Assembly: GCA_965220085.1 (NCBI GenBank)
Contig: CBDCOZ010000003.1
Span: 1,504,001 to 1,568,000 of the forward strand
DNA length: 64,000 nt
From: Candidatus Oxydemutatoraceae bacterium
GTDB lineage: Bacteria; Pseudomonadota; Gammaproteobacteria; Poriferisulfidales; Oxydemutatoraceae
Direction of reading: 5' to 3'
The notes under the pieces: model-generated
Seen by the model: only the letters and a program-made list of their open reading frames with translations
Databases searched by the model: none
What the model was told of the DNA's origin: nothing
Shown: piece after piece, positions 39,924-50,747 of the stretch
Layout of the letters: each line of letters begins with the position of its first letter
How positions within the stretch are numbered: position 1 is the first letter of the stretch
Program-made: the position numbers and the translations under genes

Positions 39924-41401
39924 CTTGTTTTCCCGGCTGACACAAAAAATGATAGCGCCAGCAATGATACGAAGCCGATGACGGGCCAATCGCCCCATCG
40001 GCTATATGGTGTCGCCCCTCGCCGGGGTTGTATTTCTCCCGTGAGTGTTTGCTGTTTAAACAATTCGGTACGGGAGATAACCCGCCCATCCATGTCAATC
40101 AGCGCCGATATTCCGGTGCTGGTAGCGCGCAGGAGATTACGCCCCGCCTCCGCCGCTCGTAACCTCGTTATCTGCAACAACTGATGCGGCGCATAGGAGC
40201 GACCGAACCACGAATCGTTGCTTATATTAACAAGGTAACGCGCTTCTGGCAATGCATCGCGCATAGCATGGCCGAATACGGACTCATAGCATATGGAAGC
40301 GCCGACCGCATGGTCGGCAACCTCTATCAGCGGGGCATTTTGCGAACTCTTGAGATCGGACATCGGCATATGAACAAAGCGGTCAAACAAGTTAAAAATT
40401 CCGCGCAGCGGGATATACTCCCCGAACGGCACCAAGCGACGTTTGTGATAAATATCGCCGCCGGTAACATTCATCAAACTGTTGTGGTAGCGCCCGTCAT
40501 CCGAGCGATAAAACACCCCCGCGAGCAGGTCGCTGTCGGTTTGTCGCAACGCTTTGCGCAACGTCGGAAACAGCCGCCGCTCCAGCGCGCCGACCGGCGC
40601 CGGCAACGCGGTCTCCGGCCAGATAATTAAGCGGCGCTCCGATTGTCGCAGGGTTTCGCTTTTGTACAATGCGACAATGTCTTCATAGCGCTCGCGACTG
40701 AACTTTATCTTTTGGTCGGTATTGGATTGTATCAGCGCAAAGCGAACCGGCGAGGATACCGGTTCGGTCCAATCCGCCAGCTTTGCGGCCGCGCTGCCCG
40801 CCAATAAAATAATCGCGCCGATGACGGCAAACAACCGCGCATAGATATTTCTGCAACAAAAGAAACACACGATTGTGCCGGCACAAAACACAGCGAGAAA
40901 GCTCGCGCCGTATACCCCGGTGACGGCCAGCAGCGGACTGAACGGGGAGTCGATCAGGGCTTGTCCCAGCAGATTCCAAGGCAGACCGAACGGGGTGACA
41001 CTGCGCAACCACTCGGCCAAGACCCATGCTGCCGGGCAGAGCAACAGACTGAGCCGCCAGATGCCGGAACGGCGCGCGGCAAACGCGGTGAGATATGCGA
41101 GCGCCGCGTAATACAGTCCGATGACAGCCGCCATCAGCAGTACGGCTGTGACGGAAAATATCGGCGATGCGCCGCCGTAGTCGTGCAAGCTGTAATAAAT
41201 CCAGTACACGCTGCCCAGCGAATAGACGTATCCGAACAAATAGCCGTGCCAAAATGCTCGGCGCGGAGCGGTTTGAGACCACAGGAACAAGGTCAGCGCG
41301 GGGATAAAAAATACCAACGGGTACCACGACCACGGCGCAAACGCCAGGACGGTCGTCCCCCCGGCAAGAATATTTAGGACTGGATATAGGAAAGCCCGCA
41401 C
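39920..41401 (-). CDS. lnt: Apolipoprotein N-acyltransferase
   Basis: WPETA, KRRLVPFGEY, ICYE, SNDSWFG. Confidence 0.95.
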   Translation of the reverse strand: MRAFLYPVLNILAGGTTVLAFAPWSWYPLVFFIPALTLFLWSQTAPRRAFWHGYLFGYVYSLGSVYWIYYSLHDYGGASPIFSVTAVLLMAAVIGLYYAALAYLTAFAARRSGIWRLSLLLCPAAWVLAEWLRSVTPFGLPWNLLGQALIDSPFSPLLAVTGVYGASFLAVFCAGTIVCFFCCRNIYARLFAVIGAIILLAGSAAAKLADWTEPVSSPVRFALIQSNTDQKIKFSRERYEDIVALYKSETLRQSERRLIIWPETALPAPVGALERRLFPTLRKALRQTDSDLLAGVFYRSDDGRYHNSLMNVTGGDIYHKRRLVPFGEYIPLRGIFNLFDRFVHMPMSDLKSSQNAPLIEVADHAVGASICYESVFGHAMRDALPEARYLVNISNDSWFGRSYAPHQLLQITRLRAAEAGRNLLRATSTGISALIDMDGRVISRTELFKQQTLTGEIQPRRGATPYSRWGDWPVIGFVSLLALSFFVSAGKTR

Positions 41402-41406
41402 AAAAC

Positions 41407-42261
41407 TTACGGCCCGGGCTGTTGGCTGACTATCAGGGAATATATCCGCCTTTGATCCGCCTGAAAGACTTCAAAGGTGATATCTTTTATCGACACTTTC
41501 TCTTCGCATTTGGGCATCCTGCCGAGTCTCTCAATGACGATTCCGCCAATCGTATCCGCCGACTTGCTTTCTATCGCGGCGGAGAAGAAACGGTTGAAAT
41601 ACTCCAGCGGTGTCATGGCCTTGACAATATAGCGACCCTTGTCATCGGCATAGACATAGTGATCATCGGCCAGATCGTGCTCATCGCTGATCTCGCCGAC
41701 AATCTCTTCCAGCACATCTTCGATCGTAACGACACCGCACACGCCGCCGTATTCGTCGACGACAACCGCCATGTGATTGCGGTTTCTGCGAAACTCATCC
41801 AACAAGGCATTGAGATGCTTGCTCTCCGGTACAACCACGACTTGCCTGATATGGTTATGAATATCAAAGCTGTCTTCGCTATTGAGGTATTGCAATAAAT
41901 CTTTAGCCAGCAATACGCCGCATACATTATCAAGATTGTTATCAATGACCGGAAATCGGGAATGGCCGCTGTCGGTGATGGTTTTGACAATATCGTTGAG
42001 CTCGGCATCTTCGGAAATGGCAACGACACTCGGTCGCGGCACCATGATGTCTTTGACTCGCATATCGGATATGCGCCATGCCCCTTCGAGCATCGCGTGC
42101 GTATCGGCATGCAATAACTGTTCCTTCTGCAACCAGCGCAGGGAGTCCAGCGCGCCGTCGCGGTCGATCGGTTTTCTGGACAAAAATGCGCGAATACGCA
42201 ATGCCCAGCGCGCAAACAGCCGCTTCTTTTTGTCACGCCACTTTGCGATGGATTGCTTCAT
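41407..42261 (-). CDS. corC: Mg/Co efflux CBS-domain protein CorC (YbeX)
   Basis: HSRFPV, VVDEYGG, TIEDVLEEIVGEI. Confidence 0.9.
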   Translation of the reverse strand: MKQSIAKWRDKKKRLFARWALRIRAFLSRKPIDRDGALDSLRWLQKEQLLHADTHAMLEGAWRISDMRVKDIMVPRPSVVAISEDAELNDIVKTITDSGHSRFPVIDNNLDNVCGVLLAKDLLQYLNSEDSFDIHNHIRQVVVVPESKHLNALLDEFRRNRNHMAVVVDEYGGVCGVVTIEDVLEEIVGEISDEHDLADDHYVYADDKGRYIVKAMTPLEYFNRFFSAAIESKSADTIGGIVIERLGRMPKCEEKVSIKDITFEVFQADQRRIYSLIVSQQPGP

Positions 42262-42728
42262 GGTTTTTCCGCGACGGGCAATTGATACGGATTCGGGAAA
42301 CCGAGACGCCGCATAATGCCGATCTCGCATCCTTCCATCGCGCTCGCTTGCGCTTCGTCGTCGTGGCGATAGCCTTGCAAATGAAGCACGCCGTGAATGA
42401 AAAGGTGCGCCCAGTGCTGTGGCAGAGGCTTGCCCTGCGCGACCGCTTCCGCCGCGATCAGCGCTTCCGCCAACACGATATCACCCAGATAGGCCGCCTC
42501 GGCGGTATGTTGCCGCGCGTCAAACGGGAACGACAATACATTGGTCGGCCCCGATTTTTTGCGATAGGTCTGATTGAGCCGCGCCGATTCTTCGTTGCTG
42601 CTTATGCGCACGCCCACGCGCGCGGTAATCTCCGTAATGGCTTCGCCCCAGGCGCGGAAACATTCCTCTCCCGGGCGCTCGCTTCGGGGCGCGACATCTT
42701 CGCCGTATTGTAGCAACACCTCAATCAT
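42258..42728 (-). CDS. ybeY: rRNA maturation RNase YbeY
   Basis: TNVLSF, HGVLHLQGYRH. Confidence 0.92.
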   Translation of the reverse strand: MIEVLLQYGEDVAPRSERPGEECFRAWGEAITEITARVGVRISSNEESARLNQTYRKKSGPTNVLSFPFDARQHTAEAAYLGDIVLAEALIAAEAVAQGKPLPQHWAHLFIHGVLHLQGYRHDDEAQASAMEGCEIGIMRRLGFPNPYQLPVAEKP

Positions 42729-43711
42729 GAGTCTTCCGACCGCGCGTCTTTGTCGTAGGCGGCAATAATCTTTTGCAGCAGCGGATGACGGATCACATCA
42801 TCGGGGTCAAAGAAACTGAAACCGATGCCGCCGACGCCTTGCAACACTTTCATGGCGTGCTTCAAACCCGATATTTGGTTATCCGGCAAATCGACCTGCG
42901 TCAAATCCCCGGTGACTGTCGCTTTGGAACAACTGCCGATGCGGGTCAGGAGCATCTTCATCTGTTGCTTGGTCGTATTCTGCGCTTCGTCCAGAATAAT
43001 AAAAGCGTCATTCAAAGAGCGACCGCGCATATAGGCCAGCGGCGCGACCTCTATGATGCCCTGATCGATCAGATGCTGTACTTTCTCAATCCCGACCATC
43101 GCGTGGAGCGCATCATACATCGGGCGCAAATACGGGTCGGCTTTCTGCATCAAATCGCCCGGCAAAAAGCCGAGACGCTCCCCCGCCTCCACCGCCGGCC
43201 TTATCAAAACCAGTTTCTGAACCATCTGCTTCTCCAGCGCCTCGATCGCTTTTGCGACAGCCAAATATGTTTTGCCGGTTCCCGCCGGGCCGACACCGAA
43301 GGCGAGGTCAAACGCGTCGATATTGCGGATGTACCGCCTTTGGTTCTCTCCGTAAGGCTTGATGACACGGCATTGGGTGCGTATTGCCAAGTCGCTATCG
43401 TCGCCGCGATCGCCCCGGCCGTTGCCGTATGCCAGTTCCCGCACATTATGCCGTTGCAGATCAATGTGGATATCGGTCATCGTCAATTGTTTCTCCGCTT
43501 TGCCATAGAGGCGCTTCAGGACATAAGCGGCGGTCTGGCTTTTCTCGCTGTTGCCGACCACCGAGAAGTGGCAGCCGCGGTTGTTGATCCGCACATCAAA
43601 ATGGCGCTCTAACTCTTGGAGGTGGCAATTCAGCGGCCCGCACAGATTTGAAAGGCGGGTAACGCTCTTGGGCTCCAGCACAAACTCTTCGTTTACTAAC
43701 TGACTTTTCAA
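42725..43711 (-). CDS. ybeZ: PhoH-like ATPase
   Basis: GPAGTGKT, RPAVEAGE, LDEAQN. Confidence 0.92.
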   Translation of the reverse strand: MKSQLVNEEFVLEPKSVTRLSNLCGPLNCHLQELERHFDVRINNRGCHFSVVGNSEKSQTAAYVLKRLYGKAEKQLTMTDIHIDLQRHNVRELAYGNGRGDRGDDSDLAIRTQCRVIKPYGENQRRYIRNIDAFDLAFGVGPAGTGKTYLAVAKAIEALEKQMVQKLVLIRPAVEAGERLGFLPGDLMQKADPYLRPMYDALHAMVGIEKVQHLIDQGIIEVAPLAYMRGRSLNDAFIILDEAQNTTKQQMKMLLTRIGSCSKATVTGDLTQVDLPDNQISGLKHAMKVLQGVGGIGFSFFDPDDVIRHPLLQKIIAAYDKDARSEDS

Positions 43712-43727
43712 GGCGGTACGGAGTGAT

Positions 43728-45053
43728 TTATGTAACCAATCTGCCGCGCAGGGAATGGCTCAGCGCTTGGGTTATCTCTACGTCAACGAAGCGGCCGACC
43801 GTATCGCTTGCGGCGCGGAAATTAACCACGCGGTTATTTTCCGTCCTCCCCTGCATACACGCTGCGTCTTTCTTTGACACGCCGGCGACCAATACCTTGC
43901 GCACTTTGCCGACCATGTTTTGCGAAATAGCCCGCGCCATCCCGTCGATGCGCGCCTGCAGAGCGGCCAGGCGGGCTTTCTTGGTCGCCAGAGGCGTGTC
44001 ATCGGGCAAGGCGGCGGCCGGGGTTCCCGGTCGCGCGCTGTACAAGAAACTAAACGATTGGTCGTAACCGAGCTCTTCGATTAGGTCCATCGTCTGTTGA
44101 AAATCGGCGTCGCTTTCTCCCGGGAAGCCGACGATAAAGTCGGATGACAGCGACATATCGGGTCTGGCCCGCCTCAGTTTGCGGACGATCGATTTGTACT
44201 CCAAGACCGTGTAGCCGCGTTTCATCATCGCCAGGATTCTGTCGGAGCCGCTCTGCACCGGCAGGTGCAGGTGATTCGCTAACTGCGGTATTTCGGCGTG
44301 CGCTTCCGCCAACTCGTCATTAAATTCTATCGGGTGCGATGTGGTATAACGGATGCGGTCTATGTTCGGGATCGCGGCGATGTGATACAACAGCAACGCG
44401 AAGTTCGTCGTGCCGTCGGCGGCTTCGTATCGGTAGCCGTTTACATTCTGTCCGAGCAGGGTAATCTCCCGCACGCCTTGCCGGCTCAAAGATTCCGCTT
44501 CTTCCAAGATGCCGCCCAAGGGTCTGCTGACTTCCTCCCCGCGCGTGTACGGAACGATACAGAATGCGCAGTATTTGCTGCACCCCTCCATAATTGAAAC
44601 GAAGGCGGAAACCCCTTCCTTGCGCGCCGGCGGCAGATTGTCAAATTTTTCTATCATCGGGAAGGAGACATCGACGACCGCTTCGCGCGCGCGCTTGACC
44701 GTGTCTATCATCGCCGGCAAGCGGTGCAGGGTTTGCGGGCCGAATACGACATCGACATAGGGCGCTCGTGTTCTCAGCGCGCCGCCTTCCTGGCTGGCAA
44801 CACAACCGCCGACGCCGATGACGATGCCGGGGTTTGCGAGCTTGCGTTGACGCCACCGCCCGAGTTCGGAAAACACTTTCTCTTGCGCTTTTTCTCGCAC
44901 CGAGCAAGTATTCAGGATCAATACATCGGCGGCGTTTGCATCGTCGGTTTTTTCCATTCCGCGCGCCGCCGACAATACATCATAGATTTTGCCGGAATCG
45001 TATTCGTTCATCTGGCATCCGTGTGTTTTCACGTGCACTTTGAGTCGCTTCAT
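43728..45053 (-). CDS. miaB: tRNA-2-methylthio-N6-dimethylallyladenosine synthase
   Basis: [23 protein letters not shown] domain. Confidence 0.95.
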   Translation of the reverse strand: MKRLKVHVKTHGCQMNEYDSGKIYDVLSAARGMEKTDDANAADVLILNTCSVREKAQEKVFSELGRWRQRKLANPGIVIGVGGCVASQEGGALRTRAPYVDVVFGPQTLHRLPAMIDTVKRAREAVVDVSFPMIEKFDNLPPARKEGVSAFVSIMEGCSKYCAFCIVPYTRGEEVSRPLGGILEEAESLSRQGVREITLLGQNVNGYRYEAADGTTNFALLLYHIAAIPNIDRIRYTTSHPIEFNDELAEAHAEIPQLANHLHLPVQSGSDRILAMMKRGYTVLEYKSIVRKLRRARPDMSLSSDFIVGFPGESDADFQQTMDLIEELGYDQSFSFLYSARPGTPAAALPDDTPLATKKARLAALQARIDGMARAISQNMVGKVRKVLVAGVSKKDAACMQGRTENNRVVNFRAASDTVGRFVDVEITQALSHSLRGRLVT

Positions 45054-46936
45054 TTGCTCTCGGGCGCCGCCGGGTCCCGGGCATCAAAACCGGGCATGAG
45101 TTTTGCAAAAAGATGTTTCAGACCTTCTATGTCTCTCGCTTCTAACATTGACTCTATTCTACCAAGAGTTGCCATAAAATCGTCGTAGTTCAATGTGGCC
45201 TGTTGTATATCTCGCATAATTTTAGGGTGATAGGTCTTCGCCGGCCGGGTATCCGAATAGAGGCTTTCGTGCAACTTCTCTCCGGGCCGCAAACCGGTAT
45301 AACGTATCTCAATATCGCCTTCGCCGTTAGGATTGTCGTTTTTCAAGCGCAAGCCGCTCAGGTGAATCATCTTTCTGGCCACATCGACGATCTTGACCGG
45401 TTGCCCCATATCGAGCAGAAAAATATCGCCGCTATCGGCCATGGCTCCGGCTTGGATTATCAAGTCCGTGGCTTCTTCTATGGTCATGAAATAACGCTCG
45501 GCTTGAGAATCGGTGACGGTTACCGCTTCGCCTTTTTGTATTTGCTCGCGAAATATGGGCACAACCGATCCGGACGAACCGAGCACATTGCCAAAGCGCA
45601 CGATGGCAAAGCAGGTGTCTTGGTATCTCTGCGCCAGCGCTTGTACCGCTATTTCCGCAAGACGCTTGCTGGCGCCCATAAAGCTGATAGGGTTCACCGC
45701 CTTGTCGGTGGACACGAGCACGAAGCGCTTCACTTGTTTCTCGACGGCCACTCTGGCCGCATTTGTGGTGCCGATTGCATTGTTTCTTATAGCGGCCAAA
45801 ATATTGCTTTCCAGCAGAGGAACGTGTTTGTAAGCCGCGGCGTGATAGATAATATCAATGGAATGCTTGACGACGTTATCGGCCATGAAGTCGCTGTCCT
45901 CCGCCGAGCCCAGGCAGGCGACGATCTGCGGAACGCTATCCGCTTTGCCGCCGGCGCCAATTTGTCGGAGTTGCCGGTGTATCTCAAACAGCGCATATTC
46001 CGATTGCTCGACCAGCACGATCACTTCGGGATTCAGCGAAAATATCCGGCGACAGAGCTGGGCGCCGATTGAGCCGCCGGCTCCGGTCACCAAGACGCGC
46101 CGGCCGGTCGTGCCGCTTTCGAGCAACTCTTGGTCCGGCGCGACTTTTTGTCGCCCGAGCAACTCTTCTATCTGCACATGGCCGAAACGATCGAGCTCCA
46201 GCGGACGATTGACGAGCTCGGAAACCGAAGGAATATTGACGACTCGGACCGGATGCACACTGAGAAAGTTCAACAAAGTCCGGCGATCTTCGTTGCCCAC
46301 ATCATCGGTAATGAGGAAATCTCTGATTCTGTATTTTGCGATCAACTCGCCCAAGCGTTCCAGAGGATATACCCGCAAGCCCGCAATTTCTCTGCCGTAC
46401 ATGGTCAAATCGCCGCCGATAAAGCATACCGGGGTGTAGCTGGACGCGCTGCGCAATGTGGCCGCTATCTGTATCGCCGACTGCCCGGTGCCGTATATCG
46501 CGACCGCATGAGCGCCGGCGTTCTGACGATACACGACAAATGTGGCGTGCATGATAAAGCGGGTGAGGAAGGTCAGCACAAACAATGCCAACCAGCCGAT
46601 CAATATGACCGAGCGCGGGAACCCTTGTATGCCGCTCGCCAAGGCGACAAAACCCCACAAACCTATGCTGACGCTGGTCGCGATGACGATGGCTTTCACC
46701 GAATGCAAACTGAAATGTCTGATGACCGCGCGGTAGAGGCCGGTGCGAATGAAAATCGGCGTGGTGATCAACGGAATCGCCGCGAACAGAGGCCACCACT
46801 TGCCGTCCAGCGCGATGAATTCTTCAAAGCGCAGGGAGAAAGCGATCCAGATTGAGAAAACGCCGATAAAGATGTCCGTCGCCACCATAATCAGTAAGCG
46901 TATCGAACGGGAAGAACTTGCCAGTTTTTCTATCAT
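45050..46936 (-). CDS. Membrane-bound nucleoside-diphosphate sugar dehydratase (WbpM/CapD/PglF type)
   Basis: Four TM helices, [35 protein letters not shown]. Confidence 0.9.
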   Translation of the reverse strand: MIEKLASSSRSIRLLIMVATDIFIGVFSIWIAFSLRFEEFIALDGKWWPLFAAIPLITTPIFIRTGLYRAVIRHFSLHSVKAIVIATSVSIGLWGFVALASGIQGFPRSVILIGWLALFVLTFLTRFIMHATFVVYRQNAGAHAVAIYGTGQSAIQIAATLRSASSYTPVCFIGGDLTMYGREIAGLRVYPLERLGELIAKYRIRDFLITDDVGNEDRRTLLNFLSVHPVRVVNIPSVSELVNRPLELDRFGHVQIEELLGRQKVAPDQELLESGTTGRRVLVTGAGGSIGAQLCRRIFSLNPEVIVLVEQSEYALFEIHRQLRQIGAGGKADSVPQIVACLGSAEDSDFMADNVVKHSIDIIYHAAAYKHVPLLESNILAAIRNNAIGTTNAARVAVEKQVKRFVLVSTDKAVNPISFMGASKRLAEIAVQALAQRYQDTCFAIVRFGNVLGSSGSVVPIFREQIQKGEAVTVTDSQAERYFMTIEEATDLIIQAGAMADSGDIFLLDMGQPVKIVDVARKMIHLSGLRLKNDNPNGEGDIEIRYTGLRPGEKLHESLYSDTRPAKTYHPKIMRDIQQATLNYDDFMATLGRIESMLEARDIEGLKHLFAKLMPGFDARDPAAPESK

Positions 46937-46940
46937 GAAA

Positions 46941-48011
46941 CTATCTCATCGTTTTAATATCGCGCCCGCTGCCGGCGCCCAATGCAAATGCTACCACGAC
47001 CAGCGGCAGGAGCGCGACACATGTCAATATGGCTCCCCATTGAGGGCGCAGGGCGGCCGCCAACGCAAACGGCAATAGCCAGATTATATTGATGGCGGCA
47101 ATTGCCGCTGATACATTGCGATGCGCGACGGCGCGGCTTTGCGAATATTCTTTGTCGGACTTCGCCTGCCACATCATCGCGGCGCGCTGGTATGCGTGAT
47201 CGCAGTGTGCGGCGTGTATTTTACGCCGCCCGGCCAATCGGCGCAACACGGTAACCGTCGCATCGGTGAAAAATACGCCGAATAAAATAAACCACGCCCA
47301 GATATTCATACTTTGGTCGATGCTCGTTATGATCGTCGCCAGGCCGAGCACCAATCCCAGAAAACCGCTCGCCACATCGCCCATAAAAACACGCGCCGGC
47401 GGATAGTTCCAGATCAGGAAACCCGCGGTGGCGGCAACGAGGCAGATCAACGGCGCAATCATTTCGTGCGCCGGCGCGGTGAGCGCCAATATCAGGGTCG
47501 CGCCGAGCGCAATGGAGATCGCTTCAACGCTTGCGATCATATCGATCCCGTCCATGAAGTTGAAAAAGTTCACCACCCACAGCAACACGATAAATTCAAG
47601 CATATAAAGCCCCCGCCATCCGGCTTCAAATATATATTCGCCGACCGGCACCGACGGTGTGCCGAGAAAGAAAACACAGCCGCCGACGATTAGGATGTGC
47701 AAGGCAAAACGCAAAGGAACGGACACACCGCTGATATCGTCAAGAAAACCGAGGATGGCAATCGCCAAGCCGGCCGCAAACAAGACTGTGAAATGGAATT
47801 GATTGACCGCAGGGTCGGCGATGAAAAACAGCGACACAGCCGAAAAGATGATGACGATAGACAAGCCGCCGCTGCGCGGAACCGGCGTGACGTGCAGGCT
47901 TCTTGCGTTCGGATAGTCCATGATCCGATACCGCGACAGGAGCGGAATGAGGCGGTTGGTCAACACGCACCCCGCGGCAAAAACAACCAGTCCGATTAGC
48001 ACATACAACAT
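46941..48011 (-). CDS. Polyprenyl-phosphate HexNAc-1-P transferase (WbpL/WecA, MraY-like family)
   Basis: GFLDD, NFFNFMDGID, FMGD. Confidence 0.88.
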   Translation of the reverse strand: MLYVLIGLVVFAAGCVLTNRLIPLLSRYRIMDYPNARSLHVTPVPRSGGLSIVIIFSAVSLFFIADPAVNQFHFTVLFAAGLAIAILGFLDDISGVSVPLRFALHILIVGGCVFFLGTPSVPVGEYIFEAGWRGLYMLEFIVLLWVVNFFNFMDGIDMIASVEAISIALGATLILALTAPAHEMIAPLICLVAATAGFLIWNYPPARVFMGDVASGFLGLVLGLATIITSIDQSMNIWAWFILFGVFFTDATVTVLRRLAGRRKIHAAHCDHAYQRAAMMWQAKSDKEYSQSRAVAHRNVSAAIAAINIIWLLPFALAAALRPQWGAILTCVALLPLVVVAFALGAGSGRDIKTMR

Positions 48012-48014
48012 CGC

Positions 48015-48980
48015 TTATCGCTCGTTAAGCCGGCGTTCCCAGCGCAATGCATCGGCGATCATTGTTTCCAAGTCATCGTGCCGCGGTTGCCAATCGAGCG
48101 TTTGTTTGATCCGGCTGTTGTCCGCAACCAACTCGGGCGGGTCGCCCGCGCGGCGCGGCGCGATAACCGCAGTCAAAGCGCCTCCGACTCTTTCGGCCGC
48201 GGCGCAAACCTCGCGCACGCTATAGCCGCGCCCGTAACCGCAGTTGAGCGCGACCGACTCGCCGCCGGCGAGCAGATACGCCAGCGCCGCGATATGCGCG
48301 GCGGCGATATCCAGAACATGTATGTAATCGCGCACGCAAGTGCCGTCTTTTGAATCGTAATCATCGCCGAATATCTCCAGATGCGGAGCCTCCCCGCACA
48401 AGGCGCGGCAGATGTTTTTAATGATATGCCCGCCTTCGCGTTGCCCGATGCGGGCGGCGGGATCGGCGCCGGCAACATTAAAGTAGCGCAATGCGACATA
48501 GTCTATGGCGCCGGATTGAGAAGCGGCGGCCAGCATCCTTTCGCAAAATAATTTGGATTCTCCGTACGGGTTGACCGGCAACAGCGGCTCGTCTTCGGCG
48601 ATCGGGATGTTTTGCGCCGCGCCATAGACAGCGGCGGTCGAAGAAAAGACGAACTTGTCAACGCGGTATTCCTGACACAGTTGTAACAGGCGCAAGGTGG
48701 CGGCCGTGTTTTGTGCGTAATAGAGCAGCGGTTGTTCCATCGATTCGGGGACACTGCAAAAAGCGGCGAAATGCATGACCGCATCGAAGCGATGCTTGTC
48801 AAATAATTCTTCGCAACACGGATGCGCAATATCGCAGCGGTGAAACTCGCCCCCGAGCGCCATCTCACGGCAACCGCGCGACAGGTTATCGCACAGGACC
48901 ACTTCCGCATTGTCTTCAAGCAGTTTGAGCGCCGTATGGCTGCCGACATAACCCGCTCCGCCTGTTACCAGAACTTTCAT
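48015..48980 (-). CDS. galE: UDP-glucose 4-epimerase
   Basis: TGGAGYVGSH, FSSTAAVYG, YGESK, LRYFN. Confidence 0.92.
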   Translation of the reverse strand: MKVLVTGGAGYVGSHTALKLLEDNAEVVLCDNLSRGCREMALGGEFHRCDIAHPCCEELFDKHRFDAVMHFAAFCSVPESMEQPLLYYAQNTAATLRLLQLCQEYRVDKFVFSSTAAVYGAAQNIPIAEDEPLLPVNPYGESKLFCERMLAAASQSGAIDYVALRYFNVAGADPAARIGQREGGHIIKNICRALCGEAPHLEIFGDDYDSKDGTCVRDYIHVLDIAAAHIAALAYLLAGGESVALNCGYGRGYSVREVCAAAERVGGALTAVIAPRRAGDPPELVADNSRIKQTLDWQPRHDDLETMIADALRWERRLNER

Positions 48981-49010
48981 CCGTCTATCCCCGCATTTTC
49001 AATGGCCGTT

Positions 49011-50117
49011 TTAGCGCAAGTACATTTCATGCATTTTTACGCACATCCGCTCGCGGCTAAACAAATCCTGCAAACGCCGCCGCCCTTGTCGCCCCAGCCG
49101 TTTGCGCAAAGACGGGGTGGCGGCCAGCGCTTTGATCGCGGTCGCCAAGGCATCGGGGCTGCAAGGCGCGACATTGACGCCGCTCACCATATTCGCATTC
49201 ACCCAACTGACGCCGGAACCGGCAATCGTCGTCGCAATGATCGGTTTGCCAAACTTCATCGCTTCCAGTTGCACGATACCAAACGCCTCGGAGGCATGGG
49301 TGGAACTCAGGCAAAACACATCGCAGGCGGCGTAATACGCCGCGACTTCCCGCGACGACAAAGCGCCGGGGAGGAAAACCCGTTTTGACAGACCGAGTCG
49401 CTTCGCCAGATTGCGCAACTCATCCAGCAAAGGCCCGCTTCCGCCGATAACGATATGGGTGTGTTCGTCCAACTGTGACGCCGCCTTGATCAAATACTCA
49501 AAGCCCTTGTAATACACCGCGCGTCCCAGAGCAAAAACCAAAAACTTGCCGGCGTGGCGCGATCCGATGCGTTGCGCGATTTGGCTGTCGGGCGGCGGCG
49601 GATCGGTCTCTATCCCCAGCGGTATGACCGCTATCTTGTTGCGCACCGCTTGCAAAAACCGCGACCTCGCATACATCGGCGTCGTGACGATGATATGGGC
49701 GGCGGTATTTAACAGCCAGGTTTGCAACGGAGCAAACAGCTTCAAACCCAGTTTCTGACGCACGATATCGCTGTGCCAATGGACGATTATCTTCGCTTTG
49801 GTATCGGCCAAAAACAAAGCCAAAGTCGCCATCGGATCCGGGTGATGTATCTGTATGACATCGTATCGGGATGCAATTTTTCTCAGCGTCAGAACTATTG
49901 CCGGAGACAGAGAGGTCGATAAAAAAACGCCGAAACTGCCGGCGCGATATATCGCCCCGCCATCGGCGCGCTCTGTGACGGAAGAAAATGTGTCGCCGCA
50001 ACACAGCACATCACATTCCACTCCGCGAGCGACCAGCCCTTCCCGAATGTTGCGTATCGCCGTCTGGGTTCCCCCAACCGACGGAGGATAAAACCTCCCC
50101 AGCTGAAGAACTTTCAT
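49011..50117 (-). CDS. GT-B glycosyltransferase (family 4)
   Basis: HWHSDIVRQK, EAFGIVQLEAM. Confidence 0.88.
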   Translation of the reverse strand: MKVLQLGRFYPPSVGGTQTAIRNIREGLVARGVECDVLCCGDTFSSVTERADGGAIYRAGSFGVFLSTSLSPAIVLTLRKIASRYDVIQIHHPDPMATLALFLADTKAKIIVHWHSDIVRQKLGLKLFAPLQTWLLNTAAHIIVTTPMYARSRFLQAVRNKIAVIPLGIETDPPPPDSQIAQRIGSRHAGKFLVFALGRAVYYKGFEYLIKAASQLDEHTHIVIGGSGPLLDELRNLAKRLGLSKRVFLPGALSSREVAAYYAACDVFCLSSTHASEAFGIVQLEAMKFGKPIIATTIAGSGVSWVNANMVSGVNVAPCSPDALATAIKALAATPSLRKRLGRQGRRRLQDLFSRERMCVKMHEMYLR

Positions 50118-50131
50118 TTAACAAGGAGTAT

Positions 50132-50617
50132 TCAAAAGGGAATCTCATCGTCAAACGCGGGCTTTTTGCCGCTGTCGGCGCTCTCCGTGCCCGCGCTTTT
50201 CTCTTTGTCGCCCGCGGCGCTCTCCTTGTTGCCCGCGTTATCCATCGGATCATACTGGGCGGTAGATGCGCTGCCGCCCGGACGCCCGCCCAGCATCCGC
50301 ATATCCAACACAATCACTTCCGTGGTATAGCGGTCGATGCCGGACTGATCTTGCCACTTGCGTGTCTGCAAACGTCCTTCGGCATAGATTTGAGACCCCT
50401 TATGCAGATACTCGCCGACAATCTCGGCAAGCCGGCCAAAAAATACCAGCCGGTGCCATTCGGTTTTCTCCTGACGGTCGCCGCTCTCGCGGTCTTTCCA
50501 CGATTCCGTCGTTGCCAGCGACAGATTGCAGATAGCCGAGCCATTCGGAGTGTAGCGAACTTCGGGATCTTGTCCGAGGTTGCCTATCAATATTACTTTA
50601 TTTACGCTTCTTGCCAT
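50132..50617 (-). CDS. ssb: Single-stranded DNA-binding protein
   Basis: [11 protein letters not shown]; C-terminal FDDEIPF. Confidence 0.96.
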   Translation of the reverse strand: MARSVNKVILIGNLGQDPEVRYTPNGSAICNLSLATTESWKDRESGDRQEKTEWHRLVFFGRLAEIVGEYLHKGSQIYAEGRLQTRKWQDQSGIDRYTTEVIVLDMRMLGGRPGGSASTAQYDPMDNAGNKESAAGDKEKSAGTESADSGKKPAFDDEIPF

Positions 50618-50747
50618 AAAAATTATCCTCTTAAAATATAAATTCGGCATTTATACCCAATGGCATAAACACACTTGCATTAAACCAGAAATCGGAACGC
50701 CTTATTATAACTAACCCGACCGTCCCGATCGCCGCTATCCCGTATTA

